Shown piece by piece: positions 52,761 to 64,000 of a DNA stretch of 64,000 nt. The translations under genes and the position numbers were made by a program. Numbering within the stretch: the stretch's first letter is position 1; each line of letters opens with the position of its first letter. Location of the stretch: positions 109,122,001 to 109,186,000 of the forward strand of contig CM059431.1 in assembly GCA_030390025.1 (NCBI GenBank), given 5' to 3'. The notes beneath the pieces are model-generated. The model was given only the letters and a program-made list of their open reading frames with translations, searched no databases and was not told the origin of the DNA. Origin of the DNA: Squalus acanthias. Lineage: Eukaryota.

Positions 52761-54239
52761 TGCAGTCCAGACTGATGGAGCAAATGTTCTCTTTGTCTGA
52801 TGACTGCTAGGGTCCTACGTGAATTGATCTTCTGCAGTTTCATTGTAGTTCCTAATGTGCATGGGCCGACAGCCCAAAACTGCTCGTAATTTAGCCCAGA
52901 TTGGCATTCCGACTCGGAGTATTGACACACTGGCGCAGTAAAGCATTCATTTCCGCTGTTGTGGTTTAGGAAATTTGTTGGGGAAGCGAAGAGAGAGCTT
53001 TGCATCAGGCTGTCCTGTTCCTGATCTGCGAGTGCTTGATGCTGATAGAGGATGCCTCAAATGAGAAGCATCCCCAGCACTAATATCCCTCACCCTGATG
53101 AGTGCAAAATATATTTTCAAGTATTTTTTTTAAAGAGAAAATATTTCAGAAAAAATACAGAAATCTGGTGAGATGGAGACAGAGACCTCAGGGACTCCCA
53201 TTAATCTGCTTGGAGATCCCTAGGGCCAGGGGCACCAGTTTGAAAACCTATGATTAACCTGTAATAGAAAGTGGAAATGCAAGTGCTGTATACTTATACT
53301 GCTATTGGTAAAGCTTAGACTGTTCTAAGCTGTAATTGCTTATCTCCGTTTCCCTCTCCAGTCACCAAAATGCTTAAACAGTTTATTGCTTGTGCTTTGG
53401 ATGCACTTCTCAAATGGAGTATTTTCTCCTTTAAGAGTCTTTTTGATGCTATCCCATTAGATCCTCATTAATACAACACTGACAGGCCATTCAGGCTTTA
53501 AGTTTGGAAAGTAAGATGCACTTAACAGGAATCTAGATAAGTGCATGAGGGAGAAAGAAATAGAAGGATATGCTGATAGGGTGAGATGAAGTAGTGTGGG
53601 AGGAGGCTCGTGTGGAGCATAAACACCGGCATGGACCAGTTGGGCCGAATGGCCTGTTTCTGTGCTGTAAATTCGATATAATTGATTCTTTGCCAAGCAG
53701 TTATGCAAGATTCACAGTGGTTCTATCCTGTTAAAGAAAGACAACCACCCACCCGACCCCCCACCTCCTAACAAACATAGAAGATACCCAATGATTGAAA
53801 CTAAATAAATGTATGTACAAAATCCCATATAATGATATTGAACAACATTTATTGCAAGGCATTCATATTTCATATTTCATTTAAAGTGGTTGTCTTACTC
53901 TGGTAAAGTCCTTGTCATTGAGAAATATTTCAAATTGAATGAAGGTATGATTGGCTACCCTTCGCTATTCTGTTGCCCGCTGAATGGTGGTGCTGCAATA
54001 TATTAGCTCATCCGATTTAATAAAGATACCAAGCTTTGGAAGTCCTGTCCATGTCTCGGCTAATTCCAATGTGGCATCTATCACGGCAGCTTTACAGTCG
54101 AGTTTTCACAATAGTCTGGCCATTCTAAGGACTGAGCCTGGTCCAAAATTCTGTTGTGCAGTGACACTGTCCTTTTAAGCATAATTTTGCAAAGTTAGAT
54201 AGTGAAAAGCAATGGTCAGTCAGCCAAACAATCCTCAGC

Positions 54240-54430
54240 TTGGTTGAATCATTGAATATATTCAAGGCGGAGATTGACAGATTCTTGAAAAACAGGGGAG
54301 TCAAGGGTTATGGGGAGTGGGCAGGAAAGTGGAGTCGAGGCCAAGGTCAGATCAGCCATGATCTTATTGAATGGCGGAGCAGGCTCGAGGGGCCGAATGG
54401 CCTACTCCTGCTCCTACGTCTTATGTTCTT
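54240..54430 (+). mobile_element. Short CR1 3' end
   Basis: SLNIFKAEIDRFL...GYGE plus 3' UTR matching 17445-17622. Confidence 0.85.
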
Positions 54431-54571
54431 ATTGGTTAGACTCGACTTCCACCCTCACCTCTGCCTCTACTTGCTCAATTTGCACAATTGCTTCTGCACT
54501 GTGGCACCCTGACATAGTTAATAAGTGCACAGTGGACTCTTCCATTTCGGCAGCCATTTTTAACCCATACA

Positions 54572-54900
54572 TGGTTCAAGCCTCCTTGAAAAAGTGCAAC
54601 ATCCCCACCAACACCTGGGAATCCCTGGCCCAAGACCGCACAAAGTGGAGGAGAAGCATCCGGGAAGGCGCCAAACAGCTCGAGTCTCTTCACCGGGAGC
54701 AAGCGGAAGCCAAGCACAAACAGCGCAAGGAGCGCACGTCAACCCAAGCACCCCACCCACCCGCCCCTTCAACCACCATCTGCCCCACCTGTGACAGAGA
54801 CTGTAGGTCCCGCATTGGACTCATCAGTCACCTGAGAACTCATTTTTAGTGTGGAAGCAAGTCATCCTCGGTTCCAAGGGACTGCCTAAGAAGAAGAAGA
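54572..54900 (+). mobile_element. RTE-clade LINE 3' end
   Basis: SLKKCNIPTNTWESLAQDRTKWR and a C-terminal C2H2-like motif CPTCDRDCRSRIGLISHLRTH; (AAG)n tail. Confidence 0.85.
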
Positions 54901-55734
54901 TACATGGGTACAATGAAGATTTGAAGCACGGTTGTGCCAATTCTTTTTTCCTGATCTGACAATTCAGGATAGCTTTTTATTCAATTATTGTTTAATATTT
55001 AAATAAAAAATGATTGATATATGACAAGCATAGTCAGTTGTACGGCAGTTTCACTGAAGGACAAAACCAGCAAGCTAATTATTGCCTGGCCTCGGTCACA
55101 TCCTATTCAAATATTTGCTGGATGCGTTTACTTATATTTTATAAACTGTCCATCAGAAGTCTGAGGAGTTTCAGGGAACTCAGAAAGACTGGAAGCAATT
55201 GCATGGAATGGTCAGTTTATTAATGGTGTCAAGACATCTGTTGTTAATTCAATATTGTTAAACATAATTGAGCAAATGTATCCTTGCCAAAAAGAGACAT
55301 TTTTGTGTAAGCTTTCAAAATAATATATAATTATAGTTTGTTTCGTAACTGAAGCACGAGGGACAATATTTACTGCAGCTAACATTGGTTGGCAATGACG
55401 AAGGATAAGAAAGGACACGACTTATCTGGCGCATCAAACTCGATCTTTCCAAAAAGCCATGCATAATTTGACTCATCAGGCATTCTATTCAACAAATGTA
55501 ATCTCCCGAGGAAAAGATCTGCAAACTTTTTTCTCTAACTGCTAAAAGATCGTCAACCAAACTGTCATGTACCAACCTACAGACACTCCCCATATTGACA
55601 GAGCCTATGGTGTGGATTGGCCAGTATGATGCCAGGGCTGGGGAACGATAGTTCTGAGGAGATACTTGAGATACTGGGATTATTTTCGACGGAGCAGAGA
55701 AGGCAAAGAAGAAATTGAATAGAGGATTTTAAAA

Positions 55735-55966
55735 GCAAAATACTGCGGATGTTGGCAATCTGAAATAAAAACTGAAAATGCCGGGAAACGCTCAGCAGGT
55801 CCGGCAGCCTCTGTGGAGAGAGAAACAGAGTCAACATTTCAGGTCGATGACCCTTCATCAGAACTGGATGAACCTTTCGACCTGAAACGTTGACTCTGTT
55901 TCTCTCTCCACAGATGCTGCCTGACCTGCTGAGTATTTCCAGCATTTTCTATTTTTATTTATTAGG
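55735..55966 (-). mobile_element. Compact Penelope-type inverted-pLTR insertion
   Basis: Inverted arms matching 35720-35822; 11-bp TSD GGATTTTAAAA (55724-55734, 55967-55977). Confidence 0.85.
55829..55865 (-). ncRNA. Hammerhead ribozyme motif (stem III palindrome mutated)
   Basis: Minus strand AGTT CTGATGA AG GGTC atc GACC T GAAA TG TT GACT. Confidence 0.6.
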
Positions 55967-56666
55967 GGATTTTAAAATCCTGAAGCGTTTTGATAAGAGT
56001 GAATAAGGAATGACTATTTCCTCTGGTTTGGGAGGCAGTGATGAGGGGACCACAATATAAAATGAACACTCTGACAGTGAGGAGAGGGCTGAGGAGAAAT
56101 CTCTTTCTGCAGAGAGCTGTTAGAGCCTGGAGTGCTTTGACACAGGGCGTGGTTGAGGCAGAGACCATTGTAGCTTTTAACTGAGGAGTAGACAAATATT
56201 TTCAACCAGAGGAAGAAACTGTGGGGGTGAATCTCCTTGGAAGTTCTCCCACTCTGCCATCATAGATTCACTAGAAGTGCAGTGGAAACTATGGGCTGAA
56301 TCTTAACTCCCAAAAACGAGCGGGTTGGGGTCGGGTCAGAAATTGAAATGCAAAAAAAACTGAAACAGGAACCCAACCCGCCTCAAACCCACCCACTTCC
56401 AGTTTTAACAGAGGTGGGACGAGCGACCAATCCGCTCGCGGGAAGCATGTTGGTCATTTAAATATTATAATGAAATATTATAATGAGGTACCTGCCTTCA
56501 TTTTAACAGTCATTCTATTTTTAACTCATGTCGGCCGGATCTCCCTGACCTCAGGAAACCCAGCAGGTGAAAGGAGGCGGGAAGGGTTGAATCCATGAGG
56601 GAAGTGCCTTTACAGCACTGATTGTGGGCCAGGAGGAGAAGGAGCGTTTCCTCCAGGCCCAACAAG

Positions 56667-59600
56667 CCCCCCGACCACCATCAGACACCCCCCCGACCAC
56701 CATCAGACCCCCCCGACCCCCATCAGACCCGCCCCGACCACCATCGGACCCCCCCCGACCACCATCGACCCCCCCCGACCACCATCGACCCCCCCCCGAC
56801 CACCATCGATCTCCCCCGACCACCATCTGACCCCCCTGACCACCATCGACCCCCCCCCCGACCACCATCGATCTCCCCCGACCACCATCTGACCCCCCTG
56901 ACCACCATCTGACCCCCCCCGCCGACCACCATCGACCTCCCCCGACCACCATCGGACCCCCCCTGACCACCATCTGACCCCCCCGACCACCAGCGACCCC
57001 CCCCGACCACCATCAACCTCCCCCGACCACCATCGGACCCCCCCGACCACCATCGACCCCCCCCCCCCCCGACCACCATCGACCTCCCCCGACCACCATC
57101 GGACCCCACCGACCACCATCAGATCCCCCCCTGACCACCATCGGACCCCCCCTGACCACCATCTGACCCCCCCCGACCACCATCGATCCCCACGACCACC
57201 ATCGACCCCCCCCGACCACCATCGGATCACCCCCCGACCACCATCGATCCCCCCGACCACCATCGGACCCCCCCGACCACCATCGACCCCCCCGACCACC
57301 ATCGATCCCCCCGACCACCATCGGACCCCCCCGACCACCATCGACCCCCCCGACCACCATCGACCCCCCTGACCACCATCTGACCCCCCCCGACCACCAT
57401 CGACCCCCCCCTGACCACCATCGACCCCCCCCGACCACCATCGACCCCCCGCTGACCACCATCGACCCCCCCCTGACCACCATCTGACCCCCCCCGAACA
57501 CCATCGACCCCCCTGACCACCATCTGACCCCCCCCAACCACCATCGACCCCCCTGACCACCATCTGACCCCCCCCCGACCACCATCGGACCCCCCGACCA
57601 CCATCAGACACCCCCCCGACCACCATCGGACCCCCCCGAACACCATCTGACCCCCCCCGACCACCATCGACCCCCCTGACCACCATCTGACCCCCCCCAA
57701 CCACCATCGACCCCCCTGACCACCATCTGACCCCCCCCCCGACCACCATCGGACCCCCCCGACCACCATCAGACACCCCCCCGACCACCATCGGACCCCC
57801 CCGAACACCATCGGACCCCCCGACCACCATCGACCCCACTGACCAACATCTGACCCCCCCCAACCACCATCGACCCCCCTGACCACCATCTGACCCCCCC
57901 CGACCACCATCAGACCCCCCCGACCACCATCGGACCCCCCCGACCACCATCGACCCCCCTGACCACCATCTGACCCCCCCCCAACCACCATCGACCCCCC
58001 CCGACCACCATCGACCTCCCCCGACCACCATCGGACCCCCCGACCACCATCAACCCCCCCGACCACCATCGACCCCCCTGACCACATTCGAATCCCCCCC
58101 CGACCACCATCTGACCCCCCCGACCACCATCGGCCCCCCGACCACCATCAGACCCCCCCGACCACCATCAGACCCCCCCGACCACCATCGGCCCCCCGAC
58201 CACCATCAGACCCCCCCGACCACCATCAGACCCCACGACCACCATCGACCCCCCGACCACCATCGACCCACCCGACCACCATCGGCCCCCCGACCACCAT
58301 CGGACCCCCCCCGACCATCATCAGACCCCCCCGACCACCATCAGACCCCACGACCACCATCGACCCCCCGACCACCATCGACCCCCCCGACCACCATCGG
58401 CCCCCCGACCACCATCGACCCCCCCCGACCACCATCAGACCCCCCCGACCACCATCGGCCCCCCGACCACCATCGACCCCCCCCGACCACCATCAGACCC
58501 CCCCGACCACCATCGACCCCCCCGACCATCATCAGACCCCCCCGACCATCATCAGACCCCCCCGACCATCATCAGACCCCCCCGACCACCATCGACCCCC
58601 CCGACCACCATCGACATCCCCCGACCACCATCGACCCCCCCGACCAACATCAGACCCCCCCCGACCACCATCAGACCCCCCGACCACCATCGACCCCCCC
58701 CGACCACCATCGACCCCCCCGACCACCATCGACCCCCCCGACCACCATCAGACCCCCCCCCCGACCACCATCGATCCCCCCGACCACCATCAGACCCCCC
58801 CCCGACCACCATCAGACCCCCCGACCACCATCAGACCCCCCCGACCACCATCAGACCCCCCCCCCGACCACCATTGACCCCCCCGACCACCATCAGACCC
58901 CCGACCACCATCGGACCCCCCGACCACCATCAGACCCCCCCCGACCACCATCGACCCCCCCGACCACCATCAGACCCCCCCCCGACCACCATCGACCCCC
59001 CCGACCGCCATCAGACCCCCCCCCGACCACCATCAGACCCCCCGACCACCATCGACCCCCCCGACCACCATCAGACCCCCCGACCACCATCGACCCCCCC
59101 GACCACCATCGACCCCCCGATACCATCGACCCCTCCGACCACCATCGGACCCCCCCGACCACCATCGACCCCCCCGACCACCATCGACCCCCCCGACCAC
59201 CATCGACCCCCCAACCACCATCAGACCCCACGACCACCATCGACCCCCCGACCACCATCGACCCCCCCGACCACCATCGACCCCCCGACCACCATCGACC
59301 CCCCCCCCCGACCACCATCAGACCCCCCCCGACCACCATCAGACCTCCCGACCACCATCGGACCCCCCCGATACCATCGACACCCCCCCGACCACCATCG
59401 GACCCCCCCGATACCATCGACCCCCCCCGACCACCATCGGACCCCCCCGATACCATCGACCCCCCCCGACCACCATCGACCCCCCCCCGACCACCATCGG
59501 ACCCCCCCGATACCATTGACCACCCCCGACCACCATCGACCCCCCCCCGACCACCATCAGACCCCCCCGATACCATCGACCCCCCCCGACCACCATCGAC

Positions 59601-62600
59601 CCCCCCCCCCCGACCACCATCAGACCCCCCGACCACCATCAGACCCCCCCGACCACCATCGGACCCCCCGACCACCATCAGACCCCCCCCCCGACCACCA
59701 TCGACCCCCCCGACCACCATCAGACCCCCCGACCACCATCGACCCCCCCCCGACCACCATCAGACCCCCCGACCACCATCAGACCCCCGACCACCATCGG
59801 ACCCCCCGACCACCATCAGACCCCCCCCGACCACCATCGACCCCCCCGACCACCATCAGACCCCCCCCCGACCACCATCGACCCCCCCGACCGCCATCAG
59901 ACCCCCCCCCGACCACCATCAGACCCCCCGACCACCATCGACCCCCCCGACCACCATCAGACCCCCCGACCACCATCGACCCCCCCGACCACCATCGACC
60001 CCCCGATACCATCGACCCCCCCGACCACCATCGACCCCCCCCCGACCACCATCAGACCCCCCGACCACCATCAGACCCCCCGACCATCATTGACCCCCCC
60101 GACCACCATCAGACCCCCCGACCACCATCAGACCCCCCGACCACCATCGACCCCCCCCCCCCCGACCACCATCGACCCCCCGACCACCATCAGACCCCCC
60201 GACCACCATCGGACCCCCCGACCACCATCGGACCCCCCGACCACCATCGGACCCCCCGACCACCATCGACCCCCCCCCCCCGACCACCACCGGACCCCCC
60301 CGATACCATCGACCCCCCCCCGACCACCATCGGAACCCCCCGATACCATCGACCCCCCCCCGACCACCATCAGACCCCACGACCACCATCGGCCCCCCGA
60401 CCACCATCGACCCCCGACCACCATCGGCCCCCCGACCACCATCGACCCCCCCCGACCACCATCAGACCCCCCCGACCACCATCGACCCCCCCCCGACCAC
60501 CATCGACCCCCCCAACCACCATCGGCCCCCCGACCACCATCGACCCCCCCGACCACCATCAGACCCCCCCGACCATCATCAGACCCCCCCGACCACCATC
60601 GACCCCCCCCGACCACCATCGACATCCCCCGACCACCATCGACCCCCCCGACCAACATCAGACCCCCCCCGACCACCATCAGACCCCCCCGACCACCATC
60701 AGACCCCCCGACCACCATCGACCCCCCCCGACCACCATCGACCCCCCCGACCACCATCAGACCCCCCGACCACCATCGACCCCCCCCCGACCACCATCGA
60801 CCCCCCGACCAACATCAGACCCCCCCGACCACCATCAGACCCCCCGACCACCATCAGACCCCCCCGACCACCATCAGACCCCCCCCCGACCACCATCAGA
60901 CCCCCCGACCACCATCAGACCCCCCCGACCACCATCAGACCCCCCCCCGACCACCATTGACCCCCCCGACCACCATCAGACCCCCGACCACCATCGGACC
61001 CCCCGACCACCATCAGACCCCCCCCGACCACCATCGACCCCCCCGACCACCATCAGACCCCCCCCCGACCACCATCGACCCCCCCGACCGCCATCAGACC
61101 CCCCCCCGACCACCATCAGACCCCCCGACCACCATCGACCCCCCCGACCACCATCAGACCCCCCGACCACCATCGACCCCCCCGACCACCATCGACCCCC
61201 CGATACCATCGACCCCTCCGACCACCATCGGACCCCCCCGACCACCATCGACCCCCCCGACCAACATCAGACCCCCCCGACCACCATCGACCCCCCGACC
61301 ACCATCGACCCCCCCCCCCGACCACCATCAGACCCCCCCCGACCACCATCAGACCCCCCGACCACCATCGGACCCCCCCGATACCATCGACACCCCCCGA
61401 CCACCATCGGACCCCCCCGATACCATCGACCCCCCCCCCGACCACCATCGGACCCCCCCCCGACCACCACCGGACCCCCCCGATACCATCGACCCCCCCC
61501 CGACCACCATCGGACCCCCCGATACCATCGACCCCCCCCGACCACCATCGACCCCCCCCCGACCACCATCGGACCCCCCCCGATACCATCGACCCCCCCC
61601 GACCACCATCGACCCCCCCCCGACCACCATCAGACCCCCCCCGATACCATCGACCCCCCCCGACCACCATCGACCCCCCCCGACCACCATCGGACCCCCC
61701 CCGATACCATCGACCCCCCCCGACCACCATCGACCCCCCCCCGACCACCATCAGACCCCCCGACCACCATCAGACCCCCCCGACCACCATCGGACCCCCC
61801 GACCACCATCAGACCCCCCCCCGACCACCATCGACCCCCCCGACCACCATCAGACCCCCCGACCACCATCGACCCCCCCCCGACCACCATCAGACCCCCC
61901 GACCACCATCAGACCCCCCGACCACCATCAGACCCCCCGACCACCATCAGACCCCCCGACCACCATCAGACCCCCCGACCACCATCGACCCCCCCCCGAC
62001 CACCATCAGACCCCCCGACCACCATCAGACCCCCCGACCACCATCAGACCCCCCGACCACCATCGACCCCCCCCCGACCACCATCAGACCCCCCGACCAC
62101 CATCAGACCCCCCGACCACCATCGACCCCCCCCCCGACCACCATCAGACCCCCCGACCACCATCAGACCTCCCGACCACCATCAGACCCCCCGACCATCA
62201 TTGACCCCCCCGACCACCATCAGACCCCCCCGACCACCATCGACCCCCCGACCACCATCAGACCCCCCGACCACCATCGGACCCCCCGACCACCATCGAC
62301 CCCCCCGACCACCATCAGACCCCCCGACCATCATTGACCCCCCCGACCACCATCAGACCCCCCCGACCACCATCAGACCCCCCGACCACCATCGGACCCC
62401 CCGACCACCATCGACCCCCCCGACCACCATCAGACCCCCCGACCACCATCGGACCCCCCGACCACCATCGGACCCCCCGACCACCATCAGACCCCCCGAC
62501 CACCATCAGACCCCCCCGATACCATCGACACCCCCCGACCACCATCGGACCCCCCCGATACCATCGACCCCCCCCCCCGACCACCATCGACCCCCCCCCC

Positions 62601-63117
62601 CCCCGACCACCATCGGACCCCCCCCCCCCGACCACCACCGGACCCCCCCGATACCATCGACCCCCCCCCGACCACCATCGGACCCCCCCGATACCATCGA
62701 CCCCCCCCGACCACCATCGACCCCCCCCCGACCACCATCAGACCCCACCGATACCATCGACCCCCCCGACCACCATCAGACCCCACGACCACCATCGACC
62801 CCCCCGACCCCCATCGATCCCCCCGACCACCATCGACCCCCCCGACCACCATCGACACCCCCAACCACCATCGACCCCCCGACCACCATCAGACCCCCCC
62901 GACCACCATCGACCCCCCCGACCACCATCGGACCCCCCGACCTCCATCAGACTCCCCCCGACCACCATCAGACCCCCCCGACCACCATCGGACCCCCCCC
63001 CGACCACCATCAGACCCCACGACCACCATCAAACCCCCCGACCACCATTGACCCACCGACCACCATCGGACCCCCCCGACCACCATCGGACCCCCCCGAC
63101 CACCATCAGAACCCCCA
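56667..63117. repeat. C-rich minisatellite (Cn GACCACCATC[A/G/T/-]GA), about 20-bp unit, roughly 300 units
   Basis: Directly visible tandem array with variable C-run length. Confidence 0.98.
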
Positions 63118-63527
63118 CTGAGTGATCGTTCCCCACTCCCCAACCTGCGATCGGACCTCTGCGATCGGGACCCTCCCCCACGATCAGGAACCACCCCCCC
63201 ACAATCAGGACCCTCCCCCGTGCTCGGGACCTGCCTCCGCGATCGGGACTCTCCATCCCACCCCCCGCACTCGCTCACTCCCCCACTACACTGACCTCCT
63301 CTCGTAGGCTGTGGCCTTGTTAAATCCAGACCTATGTTACAAAGTTACAGTGGCAAAGCAGAAGGTCCAAAGAAATTAACTCCCATTGCTATGGAGAAAT
63401 AGTGGAGCAGTCGGATAAATTTTGAGTTGCTCTGACGTAAGAGTTGGCACCAACATGTCAGGGTAGAAATTGAAAAAAATGAGAAGTCGCACAACACCAG
63501 GTTATAGTCCAACAGTTTTATTTGAAA

Positions 63528-63565
63528 TCACAAGCTTTCGGAGCTGCTGCCCCTTCATCAGGTGA
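63528..63565 (-). ncRNA. Minimal hammerhead ribozyme motif
   Basis: Minus strand TCAC CTGATGA A GGGGC agca GCTCC GAAA GC TT GTGA. Confidence 0.8.
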
Positions 63566-63762
63566 AGTGAAGGAATACGAATCGGCAAAGCATATATAGA
63601 CAGATGTCTTTGATGTGGTGCCTTCCTGGCTGACCTGATTGTTTCTCTGCCGAGGTGTGATGAAAGGCAGTCAGAAAGATTAACTGTAGTTGTCTGACAT
63701 TGTACGCTACACAGGCATTGTTCTCTGTCTATATATGCTTTGCCGATTCGTATTCCTTCACT

Positions 63763-63800
63763 TCACCTGACGAAGGGACAGCAGCTCCGAAAGCTTGTGA
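63763..63800 (+). ncRNA. Minimal hammerhead ribozyme motif
   Basis: TCAC CTGACGA A GGGAC agca GCTCC GAAA GC TT GTGA; one stem II mismatch. Confidence 0.75.
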
Positions 63801-64000
63801 TTTCAAATAAAACTGTTGGACTATAACCTGGTGTTGTGCGACTTCTCACTTTTGTCCACCCCAGTCCAACACCGGCATCTCCGCATCATAGAAATTGAAA
63901 TGCATTTTGCCCATTTGTCGGGCCTAAAACGGGCGCAAGGCCTACCAATTTAGCAGTGGGGCGGCCCGCAAGCAATCTGTACAGGGGTTGGTCCCACCGC

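Larger units (their letters stand above)
55618..56215 (+). mobile_element. Degraded CR1 3' fragment interrupted by a Penelope-type insertion
   Basis: CR1 coding pattern continues on both sides of 55735-55966. Confidence 0.72.
63476..63888 (+). mobile_element. Penelope-type inverted-pLTR insertion of a second family
   Basis: About 125-bp near-perfect inverted arms (63480-63604, 63724-63848), about 40-nt unpaired 3' tail, 12-bp TSD TAGAAATTGAAA (63464-63475, 63889-63900). Confidence 0.88.
12971..64000 (-). other. DACH1: Upstream DACH1 intron (>51 kb; preceding exon not recognised in the window)
   Basis: The exon is internal. I found no SRPGRPPKR-type upstream exon by eye or in the ORF track. 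DACH1 introns are known to be very long. Confidence 0.6.

Noticed and set aside
53090..53115. CTGATGAG hammerhead-like box
   Set aside because: No stem II or correctly placed GAAA follows; it looks like the tail of an old repeat.
54310..54849. 179-aa ORF with a zinc-finger-like end as a host gene
   Set aside because: Chimeric read-through from a CR1 3' UTR into an RTE C-terminus.
58874..63121. 1415-aa Pro-rich ORF and the overlapping Gly-rich ORFs
   Set aside because: Artefacts of a stop-poor minisatellite; the peptide pattern cycles with C-run length.

Overview
Eukaryotic genomic DNA, most likely from a cartilaginous fish (shark-type SINE, CR1 and Penelope repertoire; inferred, not database-checked). 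The window lies inside a dachshund gene (DACH1) transcribed on the minus strand. Only one coding exon is recognisable (12806-12970, the poly-Ala exon equivalent to human exon 3); the rest reads as intron. The intronic DNA holds many CR1 LINE fragments, one young 5'-truncated CR1 with a complete ORF2 inside a three-level nest, Deu-domain-type SINEs, L2 and RTE 3' ends, Penelope-like elements with hammerhead ribozyme motifs, several MITE families and two large minisatellites. Main leads: (1) a UUUAAAC -1 slippery site at the CR1 ORF1/ORF2 junction ahead of an ORF2 with no usable AUG; (2) a 28/29-bp array in which most units read as an acceptor fused to a donor (CAG|GTGAAT) on the gene's sense strand; (3) compact inverted-repeat Penelope insertions carrying hammerheads; (4) a 6.4-kb G4-prone minisatellite that expanded inside a transposon. 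Repeat boundaries were read by eye and are approximate unless junction bases are quoted.
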